DNA from: Patescibacteria group bacterium | Lineage (GTDB): Bacteria; Patescibacteriota; Patescibacteriia; SG8-24 | DNA length: 64,000 nucleotides | Direction of reading: 5' to 3' | Assembly (NCBI GenBank): GCA_028714475.1 | Contig: JAQTNC010000005.1 | Span: 6,857 to 70,856 of the forward strand | Shown: positions 43,871 to 54,300 of the stretch, in pieces | How the letters are laid out: every line of letters starts with the position of its first letter | Numbering within the stretch: the first letter of the stretch is position 1 | Made by a program: the position numbers and the translations under genes | The notes under the pieces: model-generated | What the model was told of the DNA's origin: nothing | What the model saw: the letters and a program-made list of their open reading frames with translations, nothing else | The model's database searches: none

Positions 43871-44983
43871 ATGCCCAAAGACCTCTACCAAATCCTCGGC
43901 GTCTCGAAATCCGCCTCGGCGGACGAGATTAAGGCTGCCTTCCGCAAACTCGCGCACGAGCACCACCCGGACAAGACGGGCGGCGACGACAAGAAATTCA
44001 AGGAAATCAACGGCGCCTACCAGGTGCTCGGTGACGCGGAAAAGCGCAAGAAATACGACCAATTTGGGCCGGATTTTGAGCGCATGGGCGGATTCCCTGG
44101 CGGACAGCCGGGCGGCGGCTTCGATTTCTCACAGGGGTTCGGTGGATTTGGCGGCCAGCAAGGTGGAGTAAAGTTCGATCTCGGCGATCTCGGCGACCTC
44201 TCCGACATGTTCGGCGGAATCTTCGGCGGTAGCGCCGGAGGCGGCGGACCGCGCGGTCCATCGAGAGGAAGACACATTGAGATGGACGTCAAACTCACCT
44301 TCAGCGAGGCCGTCTTCGGCACGGAAAAGGAAATCACCCTCCACCGCAACGTCCTCTGCGAGACCTGTCATGGCACCGGTGCCGAGCCGGGCGCAAAGAT
44401 TGTCGAGTGCGGCAACTGCGGCGGCAAGGGCAAGGTGCTCACCTACCAAAGAACCATCCTCGGCACCATGCAGACCGTAGGCACCTGTCCCAAATGCATG
44501 GGCGAAGGGCGCATCCCGGAAAAACCCTGTCACCATTGTTCCGGCACCGGTCGCATCAAAGGCCAACGCACCCTCACCGTGAAAGTCCCGGCCGGCATCG
44601 CGGACGGAGAAGTCCTCCGCGTCTCCGGCGAAGGCGAACCAGGGGAGCGGGGAGCGCGCCCCGGCGACCTCTATCTCAATCTGCGTGTCGCCGCCGACAA
44701 GCGCTTCGTGAGGAACGGCTTCGACATCGTGAGCCATCTGGAAATCCCGATTAACATCGCCGCCCTCGGCGGCAACATGACCGTCGAGACCGTGGACGGC
44801 GAGGTCGAATTGAAGCTCCCCGCCGGCACCCAGCCCGGCCAACTTTTCCGCCTGCGCAACAAGGGCGTGCCGATGCTCAAGAAAACCGGCTGCGGCGACC
44901 ACATCGTTGAGGTCAGCGTCGCCGTGCCGAAGAAACTTTCCAGAGGTCAGAAAAAGGCGTTGGAGAAATGGGATGAGCTATAA
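43871..44983 (+). CDS. dnaJ: molecular chaperone DnaJ
   Basis: J domain with HPD (YQILGVSKSASADEIKAAFRKLAHEHHPDK). G/F-rich region. Four CxxCxGxG zinc-finger repeats (CETCHGTG, CGNCGGKG, CPKCMGEG, CHHCSGTG). Confidence 0.95.
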   Translation: MPKDLYQILGVSKSASADEIKAAFRKLAHEHHPDKTGGDDKKFKEINGAYQVLGDAEKRKKYDQFGPDFERMGGFPGGQPGGGFDFSQGFGGFGGQQGGVKFDLGDLGDLSDMFGGIFGGSAGGGGPRGPSRGRHIEMDVKLTFSEAVFGTEKEITLHRNVLCETCHGTGAEPGAKIVECGNCGGKGKVLTYQRTILGTMQTVGTCPKCMGEGRIPEKPCHHCSGTGRIKGQRTLTVKVPAGIADGEVLRVSGEGEPGERGARPGDLYLNLRVAADKRFVRNGFDIVSHLEIPINIAALGGNMTVETVDGEVELKLPAGTQPGQLFRLRNKGVPMLKKTGCGDHIVEVSVAVPKKLSRGQKKALEKWDEL

Positions 44984-45000
44984 TCATGAATCATAGAAAG

Positions 45001-45032
45001 ACCGCCCCGCAGTACTGCGGGGCGGTTTTGAT
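45001..45032 (+). terminator. rho-independent terminator ACCGCCCCGCAGTACTGCGGGGCGGT plus TTTT after dnaJ
   Basis: Perfect stem with a T-run 18 bp after the dnaJ stop. The same CCCCGCAGTACTGCGGGG core is reused at 46403-46428 and (with AATACTG) at 14995-15018. Confidence 0.7.
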
Positions 45033-45277
45033 TTGGTGTGACAGCCTTTAGTCACCGAACACAAATATTGTTCAGTGATTGAGCTTAACATTTCTGGATC
45101 CCCGCTGCTGCGGGGATGGTGAAAATGTTTATGTATTCTTACCACCCCCGCGGAGGCGGGGTCCAGAAACAAGTGTGACATTCATTTATCAGAAACGGTA
45201 CTTGCGTCGAAACCACTCCAATGTTAACCTCGCGCCCTAATTATCAAACTACCTGCCTTGAAGCACTCTAACTAACC

Positions 45278-45651
45278 TTTACCACCCCCGCGGAAGCGGG
45301 GGTCAAGACATGCGGTGGCAAAAATACAGTCGCTATTTCGTCTATATCCTAGCCAGTGGAAAAAACGGCACCCTGTATGTTGGCGTTACGTTGAATCTGG
45401 CGAAGCGGGTGGAGGACCACAAGGCGGGCGCCATCCCGGGCTTTACTGCCAAATACAATGTAAAGCAACTAGTCTATTTTGAAATAGTCGATAATTTCGA
45501 TGCCGCTCTTGCCCGCGAGAAGGCCATCAAAAAATGGAATCGAGCGTGGAAAAATAGAGCTGATTGAGAAAGGGAATCCGTGGTGGAATGACTTGACCAA
45601 CACGGTCGAGTGAGTCTTTCTGGACCCCCGCTTTCGCGGGGGTGGTAAGAG
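45278..45651. mobile_element. MITE-like unit: GIY-YIG nuclease gene bracketed by about 30-bp inverted repeats (45278-45308 and 45620-45651); an additional solo copy of the repeat lies at 45138-45166
   Basis: CTTTACCACCCCCGCGGAAGCGGGGGTCAAG (45278) and the reverse complement of CTGGACCCCCGCTTTCGCGGGGGTGGTAAGAG (45620) are near-identical. The solo copy CTTACCACCCCCGCGGAGGCGGGGTCCAG lies 140 bp upstream. Confidence 0.5.
45310..45567 (+). CDS. GIY-YIG nuclease family protein (YhbQ/UPF0213-like single-domain)
   Basis: 85 aa: YFVYILASGKNGTLYVGVTLNLAKRVEDHKAG...KQLVYFEIVDNFDAALAREKAIKKWNRAWK. GIY...YVG motif, Arg, and the Glu in EIV; typical of the 85-100 aa family. Confidence 0.8.
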   Translation: MRWQKYSRYFVYILASGKNGTLYVGVTLNLAKRVEDHKAGAIPGFTAKYNVKQLVYFEIVDNFDAALAREKAIKKWNRAWKNRAD

Positions 45652-45797
45652 TTTTAGATGACAATATTCAAGTGCCAGGGGGTCTTCCATTTGTCCCTCC
45701 ACCTAGCGAAATGCTATAATTACGATATCCACAGGCGAGCCCCGCCTGTCAGACAGGGCAAAAGCCCCAAGCTAACCTCGGTTCGCCGAATACCGCC

Positions 45798-46379
45798 ATG
45801 TTCCTGATTCCTGCCGCTCAAGCCGCCGAAGCCGCCCCGGATGTCGCGTCCGGTGCCGTTCAGGTTGGCCACAATCTCGCGAACTGGGTATCTGCCATCA
45901 ACTGGGCCGCCCCGACTTGGGACCTGTTCATCGTCCTGTTTTTCATCGTTACCGTCTTCCTCTACGGCATGTCGCTCGGCCGCGACCGCATCGTCGTCAT
46001 CCTCGTCTCTATCTACATGGCTCTCGCGGTCGTCTCGAACGCCCCGTACATCGGCAGCTTGAGGAACGGCGGCGAGCAATATGCCGCCTTCCGCATCGCC
46101 ATCTTCGTCGGCATCTTCATCACCCTGTTTTTCCTGCTTTCTCGATCGGCTCTGCTACGCAACATCGGCAACCTGGCCAACGGCAGCTGGTTCCAGGTGC
46201 TGGCGTTTTCCATCATGCATGTCGGTCTCCTCGTGAGCATCACCTTGTCGCTTCTGCCGCCGGAGGCGCTCGGCAGCCTGGCGCCGGCAACGCGCACCAT
46301 CTTCGTCTCCGACAACGGCCGCTTCTTCTGGATCGTGGCGCCCATAATCAGCATGGCGATGCTCAAGGGAGGGGAGTGA
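45798..46379 (+). CDS. hypothetical multi-pass membrane protein
   Basis: 193 aa with about 5 hydrophobic helices (LFIVLFFIVTVFLYG, IVVILVSIYMALAVV, IAIFVGIFITLFFLL, LAFSIMHVGLLVSITLSLL, FWIVAPIISMAML). Confidence 0.5.
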   Translation: MFLIPAAQAAEAAPDVASGAVQVGHNLANWVSAINWAAPTWDLFIVLFFIVTVFLYGMSLGRDRIVVILVSIYMALAVVSNAPYIGSLRNGGEQYAAFRIAIFVGIFITLFFLLSRSALLRNIGNLANGSWFQVLAFSIMHVGLLVSITLSLLPPEALGSLAPATRTIFVSDNGRFFWIVAPIISMAMLKGGE

Positions 46380-46402
46380 GGCGGATCAAAATGGATATAC
46401 AG

Positions 46403-46428
46403 CCCCCGCAGTACTGCGGGGGTTTTTG
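46403..46428 (+). terminator. rho-independent terminator CCCCCGCAGTACTGCGGGGG plus TTTTT
   Basis: Perfect 9-bp stem and T-run 24 bp after the 45798..46379 gene. Confidence 0.7.
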
Positions 46429-46622
46429 TCGGCAGCCGCTGGTCCGGGCGCGCTGCGCCCGGCTTCCCTCGTTCGACCACTCATCGCACAGCTAAGTGCG
46501 CCTCGTGGTCTCTCTCGGTCCAGCCGAGCACATCGCATCCCGTCCAGCGGCTGCCAAAACCCCGGGCTAACGCCCGGGGTTCGTTGGATGATAATCGTCA
46601 ACTGTCCGCTGTCCACCGACGT

Positions 46623-47309
46623 CTACTCCGCCGGCTCCGTCGGCGCTGGGACTTTCGCCCCGTTGCCAGCCGGCGCCGGCGAGAGGGTCACATCAATCTC
46701 GTCAGCCGTGAAGGAGGCGGCGCGAAGGATATCCTCCTTGGCTACCATAACCGTGAGCGTCTGTCCCGCCCGAAGGTCAGACAACTTGATCTCCGTTTGA
46801 CGGGTGCGGCTCGGCGGCGTCGGTCGCACAGGGGTTTTCCCGGCAGCCAAGTCAGCCGCGTATTGGCGTTGCGCCGCGTTGAATTCCTCGGCCGCCTTGG
46901 CGAGCTCTGCCGACGTCAGCGCCTCGGCCCTGTACAGCTTGGTGTCAGGGCCGACCTTGATTGTGCGTTGGGTGGGAGCCTGCTCGTCAAGCGGATTGCG
47001 GACGGTTTGGTTGGCCTCGATGACCAAAGAATCCGTGCCCACGGTCACGACCTTTCCGGCGAGTCGATGAATGGCCACGTTTTCAGGAAAGATGCGGGAA
47101 TCCGCAATCTTTTTCTGGGCCGACGCATAACCGGCTGCGAAACCGCCGTCAGTGGGATGGGTGCTGCCGACGGCGTAACCAGTGGCGTAAGCCACGGCCA
47201 CAACCACGGCCGCCGCGAGCCACGGCACGTATTTCCTTTTGAGGTGCGGCTTCAGGCCGGCCAAAGCCTTGCCGACGACCGGGGGAATATTTTTTTCTTC
47301 CATAGGCAT
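46623..47309 (-). CDS. hypothetical membrane-anchored Ala/Pro-rich protein
   Basis: Start at an internal Met (MPMEEKNIPP). N-terminal anchor LAAAVVVAVAYATGYAVG, then an extracytoplasmic low-complexity region. No domain recognised. Confidence 0.4.
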   Translation of the reverse strand: MPMEEKNIPPVVGKALAGLKPHLKRKYVPWLAAAVVVAVAYATGYAVGSTHPTDGGFAAGYASAQKKIADSRIFPENVAIHRLAGKVVTVGTDSLVIEANQTVRNPLDEQAPTQRTIKVGPDTKLYRAEALTSAELAKAAEEFNAAQRQYAADLAAGKTPVRPTPPSRTRQTEIKLSDLRAGQTLTVMVAKEDILRAASFTADEIDVTLSPAPAGNGAKVPAPTEPAE

Positions 47310-47448
47310 ATGGTTAATGTCGGTGGTATCATAGCATATTTTTGCCCAAAAAATCATGTCTAAATCCTTGGCTTGTGGACAAGCCGGACAGGGTCGCTAA
47401 CTGGGCGGTTTTGTGTTATAGTTAAAGCGCATTAATATTGAATACGAT

Positions 47449-48351
47449 ATGTCCTTAACGGAAGGGCCAAAAGAGCCAAAAACGGAAAAAACGAGCCGTT
47501 TGGTCAGGCGGATTCACGCCCTCATGCTCGCCGTGGCGGTTTTTGCGTTGTCCGCATTGGCGGGCGGCTCCGTGACGAAGGTCGTGCTGGCTGCCCAGTA
47601 CCAGGAGCCAAGCGGCCAGCCGCCGACCGGCAACATCCCGGTCACGGTCTGGAACGCCTTGGATCTGCCGACCGGCACCGAGGCGCAGGCGGCGGCGATT
47701 TTCGTGAGCGGCGGCGGTCCGCCACCTGCCCGCGTCGGCCTACAGGTCGGCACCAAGGATTTGGACATGGGGGCGAGCGCCGACGGCCAGAACCTGGTAT
47801 ACGGCGTGACTGATTTCGACAAGATGAGTGCCGGCGATCGGCTGATGCTGCTCCAGACGGTGAAGGACAACACCTACACCGACCGGATGGTCGTGAACAA
47901 GACCGGCGACCTTTACGCTTCGGGAGCCATTGTTTCCGGAGGCAACCTCAACACCGACAGCTGTTTCGGTCCGACTTTCCAGGGACTCACGACGACGACC
48001 TACACCGGCAACCTCAACAGCGGAACCCAGGGGTATTATGCCGCTTCGACGGTGTGCGCGGAGATTTTCGGCGCGGGTGCGCACGTTTGTTCCTCCGCGG
48101 AGATGATGAGTAGCCTGAAATGCTCCACGGCTTTTCCGCCGCACAAGATTCGCGACGCGGCCTTGAGCGGCTCCGACGGCTGGATTCAGGATGGCCCGCC
48201 GGGCTACACCGCGCCGGCCCAGGATTGCATGGGTTGGCGGTCCAACGCGCCTGGCAACCTCGGTCGCATGTGGCGTTTTGACGCCGCGACCGGCGGACAG
48301 GGTTACCTAACGACTTGTAATCAGGCGGTCCGTTTTGCCTGTTGCCGCTGA
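47449..48351 (+). CDS. secreted/anchored protein carrying the Cys-rich C-terminal domain shared with the 990-aa fibre protein
   Basis: N-terminal anchor IHALMLAVAVFALSALAGGSV. The C-terminal roughly 110 aa (GPPGYTAPAQDCMGWRSNAPGNLGRMWRFDAATGGQGYLTTCNQAVRFACCR) aligns with the C-terminus of 48368..51346 (GAPGFTKPASNDCAGWTSEAANTYGDFWEFQGDNGGTGYATSCNAKYPIACCR). Confidence 0.55.
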   Translation: MSLTEGPKEPKTEKTSRLVRRIHALMLAVAVFALSALAGGSVTKVVLAAQYQEPSGQPPTGNIPVTVWNALDLPTGTEAQAAAIFVSGGGPPPARVGLQVGTKDLDMGASADGQNLVYGVTDFDKMSAGDRLMLLQTVKDNTYTDRMVVNKTGDLYASGAIVSGGNLNTDSCFGPTFQGLTTTTYTGNLNSGTQGYYAASTVCAEIFGAGAHVCSSAEMMSSLKCSTAFPPHKIRDAALSGSDGWIQDGPPGYTAPAQDCMGWRSNAPGNLGRMWRFDAATGGQGYLTTCNQAVRFACCR

Positions 48352-48367
48352 CGACGGCATTGGCCAT

Positions 48368-51346
48368 ATGCATATGAACCAGAGGTCAGCTACCAAGAGG
48401 ACGATTCTTGCCGCGGCCACGGCATTCATCGCGACGTTCGCGGGAACGACGGCGGCGGTTGCCGCAGTGTGTCCGGACCACAACCCCAACTACTCCATCA
48501 TGTGCACCGGCGGCAATTCCTGGTGCGGCAACACCTGTCAGTCGGAACCGGTTTGCGTCGGCGAAAAATCCAAGGTTGACTGTTCGGGTTGCGGTTGCGT
48601 CTGTCCTGACGCACGGCCGAACGACTGCACGGGCGTGAACGGCCTGTGTCAGGAGACCAACGCCACCTGTGCCGCCCTGCACAAGCAGTCCGTCTGCGAC
48701 GCGACGCCGGGAGCCACCATCCAGCGCTGCGGCAACTGCGTTTCCGGCTATTCGCTCTGCGCGCCGGACACCTGTGTCGTCTCCACCAACCCCGCCTGTC
48801 CGCCGCCGGCCATCTGGGATCCCTGTGCCGGAACGTGTTCAGAAAAATATGTCCTCGCCAATCCGACGCCGGCTCAGTCGCCGCAATCGGTCAACCTGAA
48901 GATGAGCGGCAACATGTCGCTCGTCGGCGGCGACGTCTACCTGGCGAGCAACAAGGCGCTCCGTTTGGACGGCGCCGGACCGACCCTCCTCAACATCGGC
49001 AACTGGGATCTGGCCGGAACATCGGGGAACGTCATGGTTTGGGGCAGTCTGGGCGCCAACGATGGGCTGTTTGCCAACGCCATCTCGACCTTGCCGACGC
49101 CTGTCGGTCAGACGTTCGCCGACCTGCCGCCGAACAACACCGTCTGGACCGACAACATCTGCTTCAACGGCGGCACGAGATGTCGCAACTCCTGGCCGAT
49201 TGGCTTGCCGGAAATCGCCATTGCCGGCCAGACCGTGCGTTATACGGGTTCGGACTGGGTGGCGACATCCTTCCTGACCAACACGGGCACGGCCATCGGC
49301 ATCGGCACGGATACGCCCGGCTGGCCGCTCGACGTGCGCGTGAACGCGAGCACGGCCATGCTGAACCTGGACGACCAACTCGGCACGCTCTGGACCGGCG
49401 TCCGCCTGGCGCGCGTGACCGGCGTTGACCTCAACAAGGAGAAGTGGTTCGTGGGCATGAACAACGCCAATGAGCGGTTGAGCTTCATCCGCGACGGCGT
49501 AGCAACCTCCATGACGCTCGACACCAACGGCCGCGTCGGCATTGGCATCGCCGCGCCATCACAGCTCCTGAACGTCTACGGTGGAAACATCCGGGCGGAA
49601 CGGGGCAATGACGGCCTGAACGTGATGTATCAGCTGGCGAGCGAAACCGTCGGCAAAAGCTGGAGCTTCGGGATGGACGTCGAGGCGGCGGGGGTCGGCG
49701 ATTTCCGCCTCTCGCGCGGCAACTCCCTGAACAGCACCTATCTCTCGGTGTTGGCTGATTCCGGCCGCGTCGGCCTGAAGAACGCCGATCCCGGATTCGC
49801 TTTGGATGTCTCTGCCCAGCCGCCGGCGGATACCACGGCCATCGTTCGGATCGACCAGGGGAGCGGCGCGCCCAAGGTCTGGACCGGCTATCGAATGGAT
49901 CGCGTCCGCGGCGCGGAGCAATGGTTCCTCGGCATGAACGACACGGATGAAACGCTGCGCATTCGGTCTTCGAGCAGCGATGACCGCGTCGTCATTGACT
50001 CGGCGAACGGCAACGTCGGCATCGGCGACAGTACGCCGGCGGCGCTTTTGACGGTCGGCAACAACGAGCGGTTCACGGTTTCTTCGGCAGGCGATGTCGC
50101 GGCGGTCGGCAATTTGGCCGTCGGCGGCGGCCAGCTGACAACCACCTCGGTCGGCACGGCCAACGTCTTCAACACCAGTGCCACGGGGCTGAACATCGGC
50201 GGTGCCGCCTCGAACATGTCCATCGGACCGGGTGGCGCCACCGCCACGTCCATCAACCTCGCGGGCGGCGATACGGCCACCGGCTGCACCTTGAACGGCG
50301 CAACCGGAGATTTGGCCTGCTCGGGCAACATCACCGGCGGCAACGTTGGCAACCAGGGCTATTGGTCGCGCTCCGGCACCACCCTTCAGCCGAAAACCGC
50401 GGGTGACAACATCACCACCTCCGGCAACATCTCGACCACCGGCACCGGCGCTTTGAATATCGCCGGCAACGCGATTTTAGGGGACGGCCCGGGCCACAAC
50501 GTTATTTTCGGCGCCGGCGAAGCCATCCTGCAGGGTGGGCACCTGAACTTCGACTACAATACCTTTTATATTGACGCCGTGAACAACCGCTTGGGCTTCG
50601 GCACCAACGTCCCGGGCTACAAGATCGACGTCAGCTCGTCCTCCGACACCTCGATGATTCGTCTGGATAACGATACCGGCGCGTCGCGGCTGTGGACCGG
50701 CTTGCGGATGGATCGCGTCCGCGGCACGGAGAAATGGTTTCTCGGCATGAATGCCACTGACGAGAGTTTCCGGTTGCGTCGCGACGGCGGGACTGACGAC
50801 GTAATCGTGGATTCGACCGGCAAGGTCGGCATTGGCAGCACCCCATCATACAAGCTGGACGTGGCCGGCACGGTTCGGTCCACCGGCATTCGCATGGAAA
50901 CCGGCGCGGTCAACAACTACGTGCTCACGAGCGACGTGAACGGTCAGGCAAGCTGGCGGCCCATGCAGTACGCCGACGAATGCACGGGCGGCAAGTTCCA
51001 TCACCTGACGGCCGGAACCTACGACGGCAACGACCTCGGCAACTACAAGAACGTCGACAACGTCTGCGACGCCGGGAACCACATCTGCACCCCGGACGAG
51101 ATTCTGCGCACGGTGTACTGTTCGGCGTCCGGCACGCTGCCGGCCAGCGGTAACGCATGGGTCGCTAACGGCGCGCCGGGTTTCACCAAGCCAGCCTCCA
51201 ACGACTGCGCCGGCTGGACATCCGAAGCGGCCAACACCTACGGTGACTTCTGGGAATTCCAGGGCGACAACGGCGGCACGGGTTATGCCACCAGCTGCAA
51301 CGCCAAATACCCGATTGCGTGTTGTCGCGCGTACTGGTGGCTGTGA
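48368..51346 (+). CDS. giant secreted fibre/adhesin-like protein (about 990 aa): Cys-rich N-terminal module, about 130-aa repeat modules, Cys-rich C-terminal lectin-like domain
   Basis: Signal peptide (TILAAATAFIATFAGTTAAVAA). About 20 Cys in residues 30-180. Repeated modules WTGxRLxRVxGxExWFxGMNxxDExxRxRxxGxxxxVxDSxGxVGIG (four or more copies). C-terminal domain ends ...IACCRAYWWL. The start is the internal Met of the track ORF. Confidence 0.7.
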   Translation: MHMNQRSATKRTILAAATAFIATFAGTTAAVAAVCPDHNPNYSIMCTGGNSWCGNTCQSEPVCVGEKSKVDCSGCGCVCPDARPNDCTGVNGLCQETNATCAALHKQSVCDATPGATIQRCGNCVSGYSLCAPDTCVVSTNPACPPPAIWDPCAGTCSEKYVLANPTPAQSPQSVNLKMSGNMSLVGGDVYLASNKALRLDGAGPTLLNIGNWDLAGTSGNVMVWGSLGANDGLFANAISTLPTPVGQTFADLPPNNTVWTDNICFNGGTRCRNSWPIGLPEIAIAGQTVRYTGSDWVATSFLTNTGTAIGIGTDTPGWPLDVRVNASTAMLNLDDQLGTLWTGVRLARVTGVDLNKEKWFVGMNNANERLSFIRDGVATSMTLDTNGRVGIGIAAPSQLLNVYGGNIRAERGNDGLNVMYQLASETVGKSWSFGMDVEAAGVGDFRLSRGNSLNSTYLSVLADSGRVGLKNADPGFALDVSAQPPADTTAIVRIDQGSGAPKVWTGYRMDRVRGAEQWFLGMNDTDETLRIRSSSSDDRVVIDSANGNVGIGDSTPAALLTVGNNERFTVSSAGDVAAVGNLAVGGGQLTTTSVGTANVFNTSATGLNIGGAASNMSIGPGGATATSINLAGGDTATGCTLNGATGDLACSGNITGGNVGNQGYWSRSGTTLQPKTAGDNITTSGNISTTGTGALNIAGNAILGDGPGHNVIFGAGEAILQGGHLNFDYNTFYIDAVNNRLGFGTNVPGYKIDVSSSSDTSMIRLDNDTGASRLWTGLRMDRVRGTEKWFLGMNATDESFRLRRDGGTDDVIVDSTGKVGIGSTPSYKLDVAGTVRSTGIRMETGAVNNYVLTSDVNGQASWRPMQYADECTGGKFHHLTAGTYDGNDLGNYKNVDNVCDAGNHICTPDEILRTVYCSASGTLPASGNAWVANGAPGFTKPASNDCAGWTSEAANTYGDFWEFQGDNGGTGYATSCNAKYPIACCRAYWWL

Positions 51347-51395
51347 CCGCTATCCGCAATCCTCCTAATTTCGCCAACAATTTTTTGGAAAAATT

Positions 51396-54300
51396 ATGAA
51401 CAGGCACAACAACTTCGCGGCGCGGCTCGGGGATTGGTCGATTTCCCTGGTCGGTCCGGCGGTCATCGTAGGCGTTTTAGGTTGGATGGTCGGCGTGCAA
51501 CCGGTGCTCGCGGTTGACAAGTGCAAGGATTTTGGCCTGCCGTCCTTTAAATGTCCCGCGACCGCGACCCACGACGTCTGCGGAACGTCCCCGTTTTTCT
51601 ACTGTTTTTCCGGGGCTGATGACGCCTGCACCGGCGGCACTCCGGCACCGAACTACATTTTTGACTGTGAGAGCTGCTCCTGCAAATGTGATACCGCCAA
51701 TTTTCCCTGCGCCGGCTGTGCGGCCACGTCCGTGACGCCGGGGGGGAACTGTTCCCCGCCCAACAACGGTAAATACGCGAACGGCTGTCCGGAATCCTGC
51801 ACCTGTCCTTCCGGCACGACTAGGTGCATCAGCACCAACACCTGCGTCACCAATCAGTCCTGCCCGACCGGCATGACCTTCGACCCCTGCCTTCCTGGCT
51901 GCGTCACCCCGTACATCCTGCGCAGCCCAGCCACCGTGCAGGCCAACGCTTTCATTAATATAGACGGCAACGTCAAGACCGGCGGCGACCTGTATATGGC
52001 GGACGGCAAGGCCGTGCGTCTGGACAGCGCTGGGGCGACGGTGCTCAACATCGGCAATTGGGGCGGCGGCTCGTTCGCGGTCCGCGCTTTCGGTGCCTTG
52101 ACCGCTGACGGACGGATCGGTTCCGGAGCCCCTTCGCCGGCGTATCGGTTGGACATCGTGAGTGGCACCGACACCCAGGACATCCTTAATCTCAACGATC
52201 AGGACGGCAACGCCGCCAGCCGCGTCTGGACCGGCACCCGCTTGGCGCGTGAGTCCACGGAAAAGTGGTACATCGGCATGAACGCCACTTCTGACGATTT
52301 GCTCATGTCACGTAACGGCGGCGGCGTCGGCAACACCTCAATCTTCGTGAGCAACGCGACTGGCGATGTCGGTGTCGGCACGACCAACCCGACCGGCACT
52401 CTCTCCGTCGGCAACGGCGCCGTGACCCTTTTCTCGGTGGATGGCGCGACCGGCGACGTGGTGACGGCCGGCAACCTGGCCGTGAACGGCGGCAACCTCA
52501 CGACGACCGCCGGAATCTTCAACATCGCCGGCACGGCCTCGACCGTGAACCTCGGTGGCGGCGCGGCAAGCACCGGCTGTACCTTGGATGCCGACGGCAA
52601 TTTGGTCTGTGCCGGCACCATTACCTCATCCGGTTCCGGCGGCGGCGGCGCGGTCGGCTATTGGCAGCGCGGCGGCACGACCCTTTCGCCGGCGACAACC
52701 GACGATACCATCAGTACCGGCGGCAACATCATGACCACGGGCTCGGGGAGCATCACCTCGAACGGAAACCTGACGGTCAAGGGCGTCACCGTCTTGGGCG
52801 ACAATCCGGCGACGGACACGCTGACCCTGAACCTGCTGGACGTTCTCGTGCCGGGTGGCTTGAGTATCGACGCCGGCACGCTTTACGTTGATCCGGTCAA
52901 CAATCGCGTCGGCATCAGCCAAACCATCCCCGGTTACCGGTTCGACGTCAGCGCGGACAACGATTCGACCGCCATCGTACGCATTAATGACGACCGGGAC
53001 GGCAACACCGCCACGCGGCTTTGGACCGGCACGACGCTGTCGCGAGAAAGCCTGGAAAAATGGTTCCTCGGCATGAACGGCACCGATGACGACTTCACGC
53101 TCAACCGCAACGGCGGCGGGAGCGCGCTGACCGTGCTTAACAGCAACGGCTACGTTGGCATCGGCACGGACGACCCCGCGTCCCGTCTCGACGTCAATGG
53201 AACGGTCACATCGACCGGCATCGCGCTGGCTGGCGACTACACGCAGACCTCGGGCAATTTCACCTTCTCCGGCGGTGGCACGTTCTCGACCAGCGCGGCG
53301 AACACCACCCTCGGCACGACCAACATCGTGGCTGGCAAGACCATTACCCTCGGCGCCGCGGCCGGCGACCCGGCTGGCGCGAACGGCGCGATGTACTACA
53401 ACACCACCACCAACAACTTTCGCTGTTTCCAGGGCGGTGGCTGGACGGACTGTTATTCCGACGGCGCGGCAGTCGGGAGCGGCGTGAACGGGCAGGTCGT
53501 CTTCTGGACCGGCACGCGGTCCGTGGCCGGCGACAACGGTTTCTTCTGGGACAACATCACCAAACGCCTCGGCCTCGGCACGGTTAGCCCCGCATACCCC
53601 CTGGACATCCGCAACGACGGCGCCACGGGCACGACCGAGATGCGCCTCAATAACGACAACGCGACGAGGCTCTGGACCGGTACGGCGCTGTCGCGCCAGT
53701 CGAGCGAGAAATGGTTCATCGGCATGAACAGTAGCAACGATGACTTAAGCATCACGAGGAACGGCGATACCACCTCGATGCTGTCCGTCAGCAACGCGAC
53801 CGGCGACGTGACCGTGACGAACAACCTGGCCGTGAACGGCGGCACCATCTCCACGACGGCCGCAACGTTCAACCTGGCGCCGTCGGCAACGACCGTGAAC
53901 ATCGGCGGCGGCAGCGGCTCCACCGGCTGTTCCGTGGACGTGAACGGCAACCTCATCTGTTCAGGAACCATTTCGTCTGGCGGCGGCGGCGCGGTCGGCT
54001 ATTGGCAACGCGCTGGGACGACGCTCTCGCCGGCGACGGCGGGCGACGTCATCGCCACTTCCGGTGACATCCAGACGACGGGGGCGGGCAACATCCAGAC
54101 GACGGGCACCGGCGGCATCACGTCTAACGGCAACCTCTCCGTCAAGGGCAATACGACCTTGGGCGACGCTTTCGGCGACACCTTGACCATTAGCGGCCAG
54201 GCCGTCAACATCCCGAGCGGCCTCCTTTTCGGCGGCAACGCGCTGTTTTTGAGCAACAACACCAAGCGCGTCGCCATCGGCGCCGCTTCGGCCAGCTACC

